Assembly (NCBI GenBank): GCA_021399345.1
Contig: JAAFKI010000112.1
Coordinates: 128,001-192,000 of the forward strand
Direction: 5' to 3'
Origin: Candidatus Heimdallarchaeota archaeon
Lineage (GTDB): Archaea; Asgardarchaeota; Heimdallarchaeia; Heimdallarchaeales; Heimdallarchaeaceae
Length of the DNA: 64,000 nt
Positions 48,160 through 59,546 of the stretch are shown piece by piece. Made by a program: the position numbers and the translations under genes. The notes beneath the pieces are model-generated. The model saw nothing but the letters and a program-made list of their open reading frames with translations. It was not told the origin of the DNA and ran no database searches. Each line of letters begins with the position of its first letter. Position 1 is the first letter of the stretch.

Positions 48160-48918
48160 TTATCTAAAAAGACGTCGTTCATCGTTAAATTGAAGCTCTT
48201 CAACACCAGAAACTGGAGATCTGAACTGTATTCCTCTTATAATAACAACAGGAATCATCTCTCCTGCTTGTCCCATCACAAGTTCTGCAGCTGAACAAAC
48301 TTCATCAGCAAAAGCTACTATTGTTGATGTAAGTTCATACCCAAAAATATCTTTTCTTCCTCTTGAATCATCAATTACTGGAAAATTGTAAGAACCAATA
48401 GCCACATTGATAGCTCCACGTCTTAGTGCCCTTCCGTGTGTATCAGATACAATTATAGACACATCTTTCTTCAGAAAATTATTTAGGGTTTTGTTTATTG
48501 CCATTGCTGATTTGTTGGAATCATCGGGAAGAGTAACTGCACAATTAGGGCGGGCATTTGATTGATCAACAGCAGAATTCGCACAAATCCAATTATGTTT
48601 TGTTTTAGTAATAATAATGTTATTTTTCACTTTAAGAATCTTCGACGCTTCACTAACAATTAACTGGACTAGAGCAGGATCCTTACCAGTTTTTCTTGCA
48701 ATGTATTCTGCAAAAGGAGAAGAGGAAAGTTTCGGTAAGTAATATTCATTACCTTCTGCTCTTGAGATGATAGTATGAGCAATTACAAAAACATCACCTT
48801 CGTTTATGTCCAGTTTTTCTTTTTGGAGAGAACTTATAATTAGAGCACCTATATTATCGTCTTTAGCTACAATTGGTAGTTTTAATGGTATTAATTCTAC
48901 TCTTGTTATTGCTCTCAC
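48160..48918 (-). CDS. cofE: Coenzyme F420-0:L-glutamate ligase
   Basis: LPIV..DDNI, ISRAEG, ICANSAVDQSN, LPDDS, SDTHGRALRRG, DEVCSAAELVMGQ..PVVIIRG. Confidence 0.9.
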   Translation of the reverse strand: MRAITRVELIPLKLPIVAKDDNIGALIISSLQKEKLDINEGDVFVIAHTIISRAEGNEYYLPKLSSSPFAEYIARKTGKDPALVQLIVSEASKILKVKNNIIITKTKHNWICANSAVDQSNARPNCAVTLPDDSNKSAMAINKTLNNFLKKDVSIIVSDTHGRALRRGAINVAIGSYNFPVIDDSRGRKDIFGYELTSTIVAFADEVCSAAELVMGQAGEMIPVVIIRGIQFRSPVSGVEELQFNDERRLFR

Positions 48919-48944
48919 CTATTGAAATAAGAGTAAGTGAAGGA

Positions 48945-50003
48945 TTAATTAGTTTCGATAGGAGGTAAAGGTTTAGCTGTTTTCTTTTTAATTGATGACA
49001 ATTTAAGGGCCGCAGCTAGAACTTCAGACCACTTATCTTGTTCTATTTTTTCAACATCTAGAACATTTTCCTTAAGAGCTAAATCAAACAACTCTTTTCC
49101 TGCTTGAGTACGAATAATGATTATATTACTATCATCATCAACACCCACATTCCCAATAGATATGTCTGCGAATTCAGCAGAAAAATCTTTACAATATTTA
49201 CATCCTTCAGCTTTTGCATCAGCACATTCTTTGATTTTTATGTCAGTTGTTCCATCTGAACCCACAAAGAAAAATTTACCTCTAGCACAATCTGTTTTAC
49301 TAAGTTCATCTGCACTCAAGCCAAGATTTTGAGTTATAATATTTCTGAAATTCCTTGGATCATAACTGCTCATGCAAAAGAGACCAATTTTGTATTTTAC
49401 TCTATGATCGGCACCTAAATTCTTCATGTTGATAGCATTTGTTAATGTATCAATATGGCATGGTAATCCTACAACAGCTACTGAGTTTTTCTGACTAAGC
49501 TTTATTGAAGTTAATTTTGTTAAAGCAGGATTTAATGTATACTTTGAGCGTGCAGATTTTTTAATATCGAGCTCATTAAGTGCCAAAACTGGAACGGGGC
49601 CTAACAGATCAGCAATATGCCCTGTAACTAACGCACTATCGATATCTCCCTTGCTCATAGCGTTCAAGAGCAAAGTTGTTACTATACCACCGTTTTGAGC
49701 TTTTTCTCTGACATCCTCGAAGACGGAATGTCCTTTGTAAAGTTCTATTATCTCCCCCAAACTTGTTTCATCATATTTAGGTTGTTCTTTTCGTTGTTTA
49801 TATCGCAGACATACATCCACACAAGCACCACACGAAATACAACCTCCAACTAATTTTGGTATAAGCTGTTCAATTGAGATTACATACACAGGACATACAG
49901 CTTCACAGCCACCACATGACACGCAATAACCTGGTTTGATTACTTCCCTATTCAACATAGCAAAATTGGGTCTTCTTTTCTTCTTTGGCTTTGATTCACT
50001 CAT
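48945..50003 (-). CDS. F420-binding FrhB/FdhB-family subunit with N-terminal 2x[4Fe-4S] ferredoxin (FpoF/FqoF-like)
   Basis: CVSCGGCEAVCP, CISCGACVDVC, QNGGIVT, SKY, VGLPCH, IGLFC, CKYCKDFSAEFADISIG. Confidence 0.88.
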   Translation of the reverse strand: MSESKPKKKRRPNFAMLNREVIKPGYCVSCGGCEAVCPVYVISIEQLIPKLVGGCISCGACVDVCLRYKQRKEQPKYDETSLGEIIELYKGHSVFEDVREKAQNGGIVTTLLLNAMSKGDIDSALVTGHIADLLGPVPVLALNELDIKKSARSKYTLNPALTKLTSIKLSQKNSVAVVGLPCHIDTLTNAINMKNLGADHRVKYKIGLFCMSSYDPRNFRNIITQNLGLSADELSKTDCARGKFFFVGSDGTTDIKIKECADAKAEGCKYCKDFSAEFADISIGNVGVDDDSNIIIIRTQAGKELFDLALKENVLDVEKIEQDKWSEVLAAALKLSSIKKKTAKPLPPIETN

Positions 50004-50086
50004 TTTCAGTCAATACCAAATTAGCGAATAAAAAAGCTAACGGTAGGGCATTGTCAAAATAATCAAGGAAAGAATGAAGAAATATA

Positions 50087-51247
50087 CTAGAGTTCTTCAA
50101 TCTCTTCTAGAATGTATCTTGCGCTTCCAGTTTGTTGACTCTGAATTTCTAATTCTCTTTCGGAAACAATTTCTCTTTCGATTCTGTCTAAAGCAACAGC
50201 AAATGCTCCAAAAATACCATAACCATCAGAACGAGAAACATAGGTCTTTCCTTTATTTGTAGAAATTCTCACTCTCACTTGATGAAGAATAGAACCACGA
50301 AACTTTCTTTTAGGAATTGCCTTTGCATGGATATACATTTGACCAGAAGTACCTATTATGTCTGAATATTTCTTTACTATTTCAATTCCCATTTCAATAA
50401 CATCTTCCATGTCTGAATCCTCAACATCTCCAAGAACTCTTAAATAGTAACCTTCAGTTTCTGGGGGCATTGAAACAGTTTCAAGTAAGTCGGTAGTTGT
50501 GATTATTCCAACAGGATGATTTTTCCCATCAACAACTATCAATGCTTTATGATCTGCTTTTTCAAGCTTAACTATAGCTTCTATTAAGAAGTCATTTTCA
50601 GTGCAAGTTGCAACTTCTTGAGTCATCAACTCCTCAACAGTTACTGAGAGTACATCTAGCTGTCCTGCTTTTCTGTAACCTCGTTTTTGTTTTAGAGAAT
50701 CCGATAGAATTAAATCAGTGGTATCGTGTGGGCTCATTATACCCACAAGCTCATTCGATTCATTAACAACTGGTGTTCTAGAGATGTTGTTAGTTCTGCA
50801 AATGGCAATAAACTTAGCAACTGAAGTGTTTACGGTAACTACAATAGGGTTTTGAGTCATAACCTCAATCACCCTTTTGCTGCCAAAAATATCTTCTGAA
50901 GCTCTTAGCAAATCAATATCACGAATTACCCCAATAATATGACCATCATCCACTACAGGAACGGAAAAAATCTTTTCGGATAAAAGCGCTCTTGCAATCG
51001 CATCAGGAGCAGAGTCTTTACTAACTGTAGGCACACGTTTAATTAAATTTGATACTACTGTATCAGGTTGAACTTTTGATTGATGTGTAACATATCGTTT
51101 AGTTAGATAACCAAGAAACACGTCTTTTTCCTCAAAAACCAGTATTTCTCTTGTTTTCTCCTTAAACATAGATGCAACATTTGATAACGGTTCAGTACCA
51201 TCAACTGAAACAAACTCTGTTATAATAGAAGAATCTTCGTCATTCAT
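50087..51247 (-). CDS. 4xCBS-domain protein with C-terminal HPF/RaiA-like domain (Hib-like ribosome hibernation factor)
   Basis: Four CBS units (VPVVDDGHIIGVI, TPVVNESNELVGIMS, VVDGKNHPVGIITTTDLL); C-terminal HQVRVRISTNKGKTYVSRSDGYGIFGAFAVALDRIEREI. Confidence 0.75.
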   Translation of the reverse strand: MNDEDSSIITEFVSVDGTEPLSNVASMFKEKTREILVFEEKDVFLGYLTKRYVTHQSKVQPDTVVSNLIKRVPTVSKDSAPDAIARALLSEKIFSVPVVDDGHIIGVIRDIDLLRASEDIFGSKRVIEVMTQNPIVVTVNTSVAKFIAICRTNNISRTPVVNESNELVGIMSPHDTTDLILSDSLKQKRGYRKAGQLDVLSVTVEELMTQEVATCTENDFLIEAIVKLEKADHKALIVVDGKNHPVGIITTTDLLETVSMPPETEGYYLRVLGDVEDSDMEDVIEMGIEIVKKYSDIIGTSGQMYIHAKAIPKRKFRGSILHQVRVRISTNKGKTYVSRSDGYGIFGAFAVALDRIEREIVSERELEIQSQQTGSARYILEEIEEL

Positions 51248-51380
51248 GCTAGCAAATCATCAACCAATGTTTATAAAAGATTTTGTCGTGTGGTCATATT
51301 AAACTGACAGTGAATAGCTTGGAAGGATAGTCAGGTGGAGAATATTACTGGGGCTTTTATAGGGAATTCCAAGAGAAAAA

Positions 51381-51608
51381 GTGATGACAAAAATACTAAG
51401 AGTAGAGTGTATAGAAGTAGAGTATAAGCAAGCTCTGAGCACACTTTGTCATCAAGTGAAAAATCTCTATAATCGAGCAAATTATCTGGTAAAACAAGCA
51501 CTGAATAACAAGGAAGAGAAGAAACTACTACTATACTATGACCTCAACTCTTTGCTCAAGAACAAGGAATGCTATAAGGTCTCTATAAAAGACGTTCAAC
51601 TATCTTGA
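51381..51608 (+). pseudogene. tnpB: Truncated IS200/IS605-family tnpB (N-terminal fragment only)
   Basis: LCHQVKNLYNRANYLVKQ...YYDLNSLLKNKECYK matches the TnpB N-terminus; it stops before the expected LPAQ..QQ helix, with no RuvC or zinc finger. Confidence 0.7.
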
Positions 51609-51662
51609 CTACTATGGCAAGATGACAAAAACTCATCATAGTTTTATGGAGAATTCAATAAA

Positions 51663-52250
51663 TTAAAGTGAATATTCTTTTCTGAATTTTAGCATATTAT
51701 CGCCATATTGATGAGATAACCTACTTGCATGATGAAATAGCTTGTCTACATTGAAGCCAGAAAGAGCAGAAGACTCCACATAATCAAACTTATGTAATTT
51801 AGTATAATCTAACATTACTTCTTTCTCAATAGATCTAGCTTCATTTAAGTCAAATTTATTTCCACAAACTACAATAGGTATATCTGGACATTTCGAGACA
51901 ACTTCATTTACCCAGATTTCTATCTCATCAGAAGAGCTTTGATTGGTGATATCATAGACAATAACGGCACAAGTGGCACCGGCGTAGTATTTTGGACGGA
52001 GATAAGTAAACATCTCTTGTCCACCTGTATCCCATAAACTAAGTCTGATTTTCAATGGTTCAGTATATATTTCCTTAGTTAAATTTTCATTAAGTTGTTC
52101 TGGAGTTAAGGTTATAGTTTTTGTTAGCCAGCTAACTCCCAAAGTAGGGATATAACTGTGAATAAATGTGTTTAAAGTAAATCTTCTAGCCAATGATGTT
52201 TTTCCAACAAAAGCAGAACCAACGCAGATAATTTTTTGTAACTGATTCAT
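51663..52250 (-). CDS. Rab-like small GTPase
   Basis: GSAFVGKTS, YIPTLG, WDTGGQE, YYAGA, NKFD, SSA; insertion between beta2 and beta3; no C-terminal Cys. Confidence 0.9.
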   Translation of the reverse strand: MNQLQKIICVGSAFVGKTSLARRFTLNTFIHSYIPTLGVSWLTKTITLTPEQLNENLTKEIYTEPLKIRLSLWDTGGQEMFTYLRPKYYAGATCAVIVYDITNQSSSDEIEIWVNEVVSKCPDIPIVVCGNKFDLNEARSIEKEVMLDYTKLHKFDYVESSALSGFNVDKLFHHASRLSHQYGDNMLKFRKEYSL

Positions 52251-52254
52251 TTTC

Positions 52255-53106
52255 TTACCTCCATACTAAATTTAAAACATCTTGTAGAACCCCCAATCCC
52301 ATCATTCTATCCCATTCTACTCTTATCGTTGAAGGGGATTTTGATGCTACAATCTGTCGTAATTCTTTAATTCCTATCTTCTCTTCAACAAAATCCATTA
52401 TTTTCTTTAATAGAACTAAAAATTCTTCTTTTATTTCTATAGCTGTTCCTCTTTGAATATCTATGTCACAGAAACTGAAACCTTCGTCCTCTTTCAAAGA
52501 AAATTTTTCTTTTATTAAGTAGGTATTCTTATTAAGAAAATCGCTTATATCTTCTTTTATTTCTTGCATAGAAACTGTTGTAATCTTCGATTCATTTTCA
52601 ACAAGAAATAGTCTAATTCCTAACCAGATTGAATTCAAAATGTTCTCAAAAACTTCAATCATGTTCCTCTTATCAATATCTTCTATGTGTAAATCAAGTA
52701 CATTCCACAGCATAAATGAATGTGATAATGATTCAGAGATTTCTCTTCTCTTTATTCCTTCAAGTTCATGTAAAAACTCACTGGCGCTTTTCTCATCTTT
52801 TATTTCGAAAGCGTTTAAGAATAATTTCATAAAGAAGAACAGTTGCGATGAAATCATTTCAGTGGAATAATTTGGAGGACTAAGGAGAATAAATAAGAAA
52901 GAATATTTACACATGAAAATTACTTTGGATTTGGCAAATTGGAGTACTTGTAATTCCTCTAATAGTGGTTGTTCTTTAGAACTCATATAAAAATCTAATA
53001 ATGTTTTAACAATAGAATCAACTTCTGTTTCGTCTGCTTTGACAGAAAGAGGTCTACAGAATAAGATTTCCATCTCTTCTTTGTTAATAATATAGAAGCC
53101 CATCAA
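52255..53106 (-). CDS. Longin-like domain protein
   Basis: N-terminal ~100 aa in a bb-a-bbb-a pattern (GFYIINK..ILFCR / IVKTLLDFY / VLQF..SKVIF...FLFILLS / QLFFFMKLFLNAF), then a helical domain; 4 bp from the GTPase gene. Confidence 0.6.
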   Translation of the reverse strand: MMGFYIINKEEMEILFCRPLSVKADETEVDSIVKTLLDFYMSSKEQPLLEELQVLQFAKSKVIFMCKYSFLFILLSPPNYSTEMISSQLFFFMKLFLNAFEIKDEKSASEFLHELEGIKRREISESLSHSFMLWNVLDLHIEDIDKRNMIEVFENILNSIWLGIRLFLVENESKITTVSMQEIKEDISDFLNKNTYLIKEKFSLKEDEGFSFCDIDIQRGTAIEIKEEFLVLLKKIMDFVEEKIGIKELRQIVASKSPSTIRVEWDRMMGLGVLQDVLNLVWR

Positions 53107-53224
53107 TTTACGAACAACCCTTCAATATTCAACATTGTATATTTATACTTAAAAATTTGTTTAATATCATAGCTAGTCAAAGAAAAGAAAATATAATTAA
53201 AAAGAAATAAAAAAGAAGAATCTT

Positions 53225-55438
<2,214 letters not shown>

Positions 55439-55595
55439 TTAAACTATTTTTTGATTAAATTGTAACTATATAATGGTTTGTTTTCTTCCTAGTTAGCATT
55501 AAAATATAGCTAATTAACTATATATAACCATAGAATCTTTTAATGAAACAAAACATCAAGCAAAAATAGATAAAGGGGAGGTTTGATGGCTAAAA

Positions 55596-56519
55596 CTAGA
55601 TTCTGAATGTTAGTTTTAATGCCCCTTCTTTACATGCATCAATACACTCACCACAATTGATGCACATCTTATTCGTAATATCTTTATCATACGTCAGAAT
55701 AGGGACTTGAATTGGACATGCTTTTTCGCAACTATCACAACCACTTGTACATCTGTTCTTGTTTATTCGCAGACCAAATATACTAAATCGACTGAAAAGT
55801 CCTAGAAGTACACCTGTTGGACATAGCCATCTACAATAAGCTCTTGGATATACTGTGATTAATCCAATCACAATGATGAAAATAATTATACGTAAGAAGA
55901 ATAAGAATTTCCATTGACCTATTTCTGCTCCAAAAGAAGCATTTTGCATCCCCCAATATAGGTAATAATACAAAGTTGCAAAAAGTGTTGAGGAAGGGTC
56001 AATGGTGCTAAAAGGCATATCCTTACCCGCACCAAATGTTGTCTTCACACCGCTATTATTGAATGTGATACCAATTATGAAAGACATTATTAAGATAAAA
56101 ACAAGAATTGTTGTGCCAATTTTAGTTAAATTCTTGTTAGTTGGACGGGATACACGCTTTTTCTTAATAGGAATCAGTCTAAATAAATCTTGAAAGAAAC
56201 CAAATGGACAAACCCACCCACAGGTAGTTTTTCCAAAAATTGATCCAAATAGCAAGAATACAGAAAGTGCTAGATATGGAAATACCCATGCTGTAAGAAG
56301 GTATTGTAGAGCTTCAAAGGCATTCCAAACTGTGGAGAAAGGACCACCAGTTGGAAAAGATATCGGAAGGAGTATTGGAAGTCTTCCTATTCCAAAGATT
56401 AAACCATTAAGAAGTCCAAACATTATAATTTGTACAATTGTCCTAATAACCCTAATTTTATGATCTTGAATAGGCCTAAATATAGTCGAAAGTATAGGTT
56501 TTATTTGCTTTGTAGCCAT
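55596..56519 (-). CDS. NapH/MauN-type membrane 4Fe-4S protein
   Basis: CGWVCPFG, CRWLCPTG, CTSGCDSCEKACP, CINCGECIDAC; 4-5 TM. Confidence 0.85.
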   Translation of the reverse strand: MATKQIKPILSTIFRPIQDHKIRVIRTIVQIIMFGLLNGLIFGIGRLPILLPISFPTGGPFSTVWNAFEALQYLLTAWVFPYLALSVFLLFGSIFGKTTCGWVCPFGFFQDLFRLIPIKKKRVSRPTNKNLTKIGTTILVFILIMSFIIGITFNNSGVKTTFGAGKDMPFSTIDPSSTLFATLYYYLYWGMQNASFGAEIGQWKFLFFLRIIIFIIVIGLITVYPRAYCRWLCPTGVLLGLFSRFSIFGLRINKNRCTSGCDSCEKACPIQVPILTYDKDITNKMCINCGECIDACKEGALKLTFRI

Positions 56520-56534
56520 TTCTAATCACTTATC

Positions 56535-56717
56535 CTATCCTGTTATTGGATTTGGAAAACCAGTTACATATGTACTCAAGAAATCTCTCATTACAAAGTC
56601 AGTAAATGAGCTGATTGCTTCGTACCTCAAAATTTGACCTTGAACTATAGCAATAATAAGGAAAATAATTCCTATAGCCAAAAAGAATATCAGGTATATC
56701 CTATTTCTTGCATTCAT
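56535..56717 (-). CDS. Small single-TM protein co-transcribed with the 4Fe-4S membrane protein
   Basis: 60 aa with one TM; 15 bp upstream of 55596..56519. Confidence 0.55.
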   Translation of the reverse strand: MNARNRIYLIFFLAIGIIFLIIAIVQGQILRYEAISSFTDFVMRDFLSTYVTGFPNPITG

Positions 56718-56879
56718 GATGACTGAAGACGTTCAAAAATTACACCTATTAAAAATTTTGCTTTGCGTGAAGTCTTTGTTTAAAATTACAAAATAACTTC
56801 CCTAATGATAAAAGGAATACTGCGAACAGTTTTTTTCTCAATCACAAGGCATTTAAACAGATACATAAAAAGATATAAC

Positions 56880-57146
56880 ATGAACAAAAAGGACACGTGG
56901 AAGGTTACACCACTTAAATCGTGTATTTTAGCAATCCTCGAAAAAAGAGGAGGGGTAATTTTAGAAAACGATTTAGAAAATTCATTAAAAGATATGTATG
57001 GAGACTTTTCAAATAGTGAACTCAATAAAGCTTTAATGACACTAGAAAATCAAGGCTTGGTCCATGTTGGTTGGATATCAAAAACTAAACGTAGAATTCA
57101 AGCAATGACCAAAGACATGCACTTTTTAGCTGTTGGAGAAGACTAA
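56880..57146 (+). CDS. Small winged-helix protein
   Basis: ILAILEKRGG..ENDL...SELNKALMTLENQGLVHV pattern; ATG at 56880 preferred over 56805. Confidence 0.65.
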   Translation: MNKKDTWKVTPLKSCILAILEKRGGVILENDLENSLKDMYGDFSNSELNKALMTLENQGLVHVGWISKTKRRIQAMTKDMHFLAVGED

Positions 57147-57171
57147 AATAACAAAAAATAATATGAAAATT

Positions 57172-58437
57172 TCATATTGTTTCGTTCAATTGTTTTGTGA
57201 AAATAGTTAAATATCTATTAATGATATTGTGTTTTCGTCCTATTTGTAAAGGAAGAGAAACACGGAAAAATTTACTTGATTCTTGATTGACTAAAGAACA
57301 CTGAATAGCTATTTTTTCTATATCAGGATGTACTTCAAGTTTATCTGAGTAGTGATACACTGGAAGTATGAATATAATTTTCCCAGTATCCTTTAGTAGA
57401 TTGGAACCTTCTCTCAGCACTCTTATGTATAACTTTTCGAGAGTTTTCATAGTTTCTCTAGCTTCATCAATTGAAGGTAATTGCTTCAAGAAAGGTCCAA
57501 GATATGGTTCGGTGACAATGGCATCAAGACTTTTCTCTTTCAGAATTTTCCCCAAATCTCTAGAATCTTGACTATAAACTATCCATTTGTCCTTCATTTT
57601 TGCTCTCGCAGGGTATTGAAGACTGAAAGCATTGAGATTATCCTTAGAAGCTCTGAAGCATTTAGGGTCTTTATCCATCCCTATTGTCTGCATTTTTCGT
57701 TTAAGTGCTTCAATAAGTATAGTACCTGTTCCACAGAAGGGATCTAGTAATAACCCATCATTGGAAACCTCAGAGAGAAAGACAAGCGTTCGAGCTAGTT
57801 TAATTGATGTTCCATGAGTAAAAAGTCTTGTTTGACGCCTTTCATCTTGTTTAATATCTAGTAAAGGATTAGTAACCCATTTTGTTATACCAAAGATAAG
57901 TTTGGACTTTACGTTAAAGCTTATTACCTCCAATCCTCTCTTAGGAAAATTCTCCTTGTAAAACTGAAAAGGTGTTATCTCTGAATAGGTTTTTTTCATT
58001 CCAATAATTTTTGTTTGAATCTTCACTTCTTTTGAATAGTTTTTGATGGTTGTTCTGATGTAATTGATAATCCTGTTACGTAACTCTATATTTTTTGCTT
58101 GAACATCCAAAGCAATTTTTAATAAATTATTTTTTTCAGATGAAAATTTTTCTATGTTCATAACTAAGTGATCTTTTAGTTTCAGTTTCCAGATGTCTTC
58201 CTTATCAATACTCACTTCTGAATTCAGGTATCCTGCTTTTATTATGCTCCCTGTATAGTCGAGAATTTTAAAGAATTTAGTAAAAGTATTTCTGTTTAGT
58301 TTTATTAAAATATAATCCATCCATTCAGTGAAAGCAACATCTTTTACACCTAATTTCTTTAACAAAACAGATAATTCCAATTTTGCTAAATCCTTGTTCG
58401 AACCAAGTTTAACAAAAATTGTGTATTTAGAAGACAT
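57172..58437 (-). CDS. Trm11/TrmG10-like SAM-dependent RNA methyltransferase
   Basis: KLARTLV, LLDPFCGTGTILIEA, AIVTEPYLGP; N-terminal THUMP-sized region. Confidence 0.7.
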   Translation of the reverse strand: MSSKYTIFVKLGSNKDLAKLELSVLLKKLGVKDVAFTEWMDYILIKLNRNTFTKFFKILDYTGSIIKAGYLNSEVSIDKEDIWKLKLKDHLVMNIEKFSSEKNNLLKIALDVQAKNIELRNRIINYIRTTIKNYSKEVKIQTKIIGMKKTYSEITPFQFYKENFPKRGLEVISFNVKSKLIFGITKWVTNPLLDIKQDERRQTRLFTHGTSIKLARTLVFLSEVSNDGLLLDPFCGTGTILIEALKRKMQTIGMDKDPKCFRASKDNLNAFSLQYPARAKMKDKWIVYSQDSRDLGKILKEKSLDAIVTEPYLGPFLKQLPSIDEARETMKTLEKLYIRVLREGSNLLKDTGKIIFILPVYHYSDKLEVHPDIEKIAIQCSLVNQESSKFFRVSLPLQIGRKHNIINRYLTIFTKQLNETI

Positions 58438-58445
58438 TTAAATCA

Positions 58446-59483
58446 TCAACCAAAAAATGCGTCAAGACTTTTCTGCTTCAAAGCAGTTTCTTGCCCTTTC
58501 TTTGCTCTTTGGAGAGTATTGATTACTCTTTCTTTTGCAAATCCGCGCTCTTCACATAGAAACTCAACTGTTCCTTCAACATCTATCGATTTGAATTTTA
58601 GGTTAACATCTTCAACTAGTGGAGGATTAAGGAAAATGTCTCTTATTGCTTCATAATCAGCATCAAACTCTATTTTGGTTTCATTTTCCAGAACTGTTTC
58701 TAAGTTTCCATGTTGCTTAATATATTTGTAAGCTGTTTTGGGTCCAACTCCTTTGACACCATCTGGATTGAAGTCTGTACCAATTAAAATGGATAGATCA
58801 ATAAGCTGTTCTCTTGTGATTTCAAGAGCTTGAAGTAATTCTCTTTGATTGTAGAGTTCAACATTTATTGTAGTGAACCTATTAGTTCGAGGAAGTTTTC
58901 TTCTTCCAGATAAAGTCAGGTTTCTTATCAAAATAGGAGAACCGAAAAGTAAACTGTCATAATCCTGAGATGCGACAGCATAAACTTTGTTTTTTCTTAC
59001 TAAATAAGCAGCTTGTGATTCACCGTCTTGAGGTGATTCAACAACAGGAATTCCCATTAGAGATAAAAGCTTCTTACTATCCTCAACCATAGGTTTTGTA
59101 AGCTTACTGGTTCTTTGGGCTACTGTACGAGCTCTTTCCATATCACCTCTTTCCAATGCTTCTTCAAGTTCTTCTCTAGCTTTTTGTTTGACTGCAGCTC
59201 TTCTTTTAATTTCTTCTCTCTTTAGTTGAGATGGTTTTCCATCAAAAACATAAACTAGCTGAATTCCTTTTTCAATCAATTTTGCATTTCTGTACAAGAG
59301 ACCAGATAGATGACTAGTTACCACTCCTTCTGAATCTGTTAAGAGACCTCCATCATATCCACGAATAGAAGCTAAAAACTGGTAGATGATATTGTAAGCA
59401 TCAACTGCTAACTTCTTTTGTCTCAGATGGTCTAAATCGATGGGGGTTCCTTGAAAAAGATCGCTTATTTTTTTGACACCCAT
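58446..59483 (-). CDS. fen: Flap endonuclease 1
   Basis: MGV, DAYNIIYQFL, TSHLSGL, YVFDG, GESQAA, SQDYDSLLFG, GTDFN..GVGPKTA, PIP-box KQKSLDAFF. Confidence 0.97.
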   Translation of the reverse strand: MGVKKISDLFQGTPIDLDHLRQKKLAVDAYNIIYQFLASIRGYDGGLLTDSEGVVTSHLSGLLYRNAKLIEKGIQLVYVFDGKPSQLKREEIKRRAAVKQKAREELEEALERGDMERARTVAQRTSKLTKPMVEDSKKLLSLMGIPVVESPQDGESQAAYLVRKNKVYAVASQDYDSLLFGSPILIRNLTLSGRRKLPRTNRFTTINVELYNQRELLQALEITREQLIDLSILIGTDFNPDGVKGVGPKTAYKYIKQHGNLETVLENETKIEFDADYEAIRDIFLNPPLVEDVNLKFKSIDVEGTVEFLCEERGFAKERVINTLQRAKKGQETALKQKSLDAFFG

Positions 59484-59546
59484 AAGTGTTCACCTAGCAT
59501 GTTAATTTCTATATTTTAGTTAAAAAACTTGCCTAAAAGAAGAAAA

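Noticed and set aside
57172-58437. DNA methyltransferase of a restriction-modification system
   Set aside because: DPFCGTGT plus TEPYLG and a THUMP-sized N-terminus fit Trm11-like RNA methyltransferases; no nuclease partner other than housekeeping fen.
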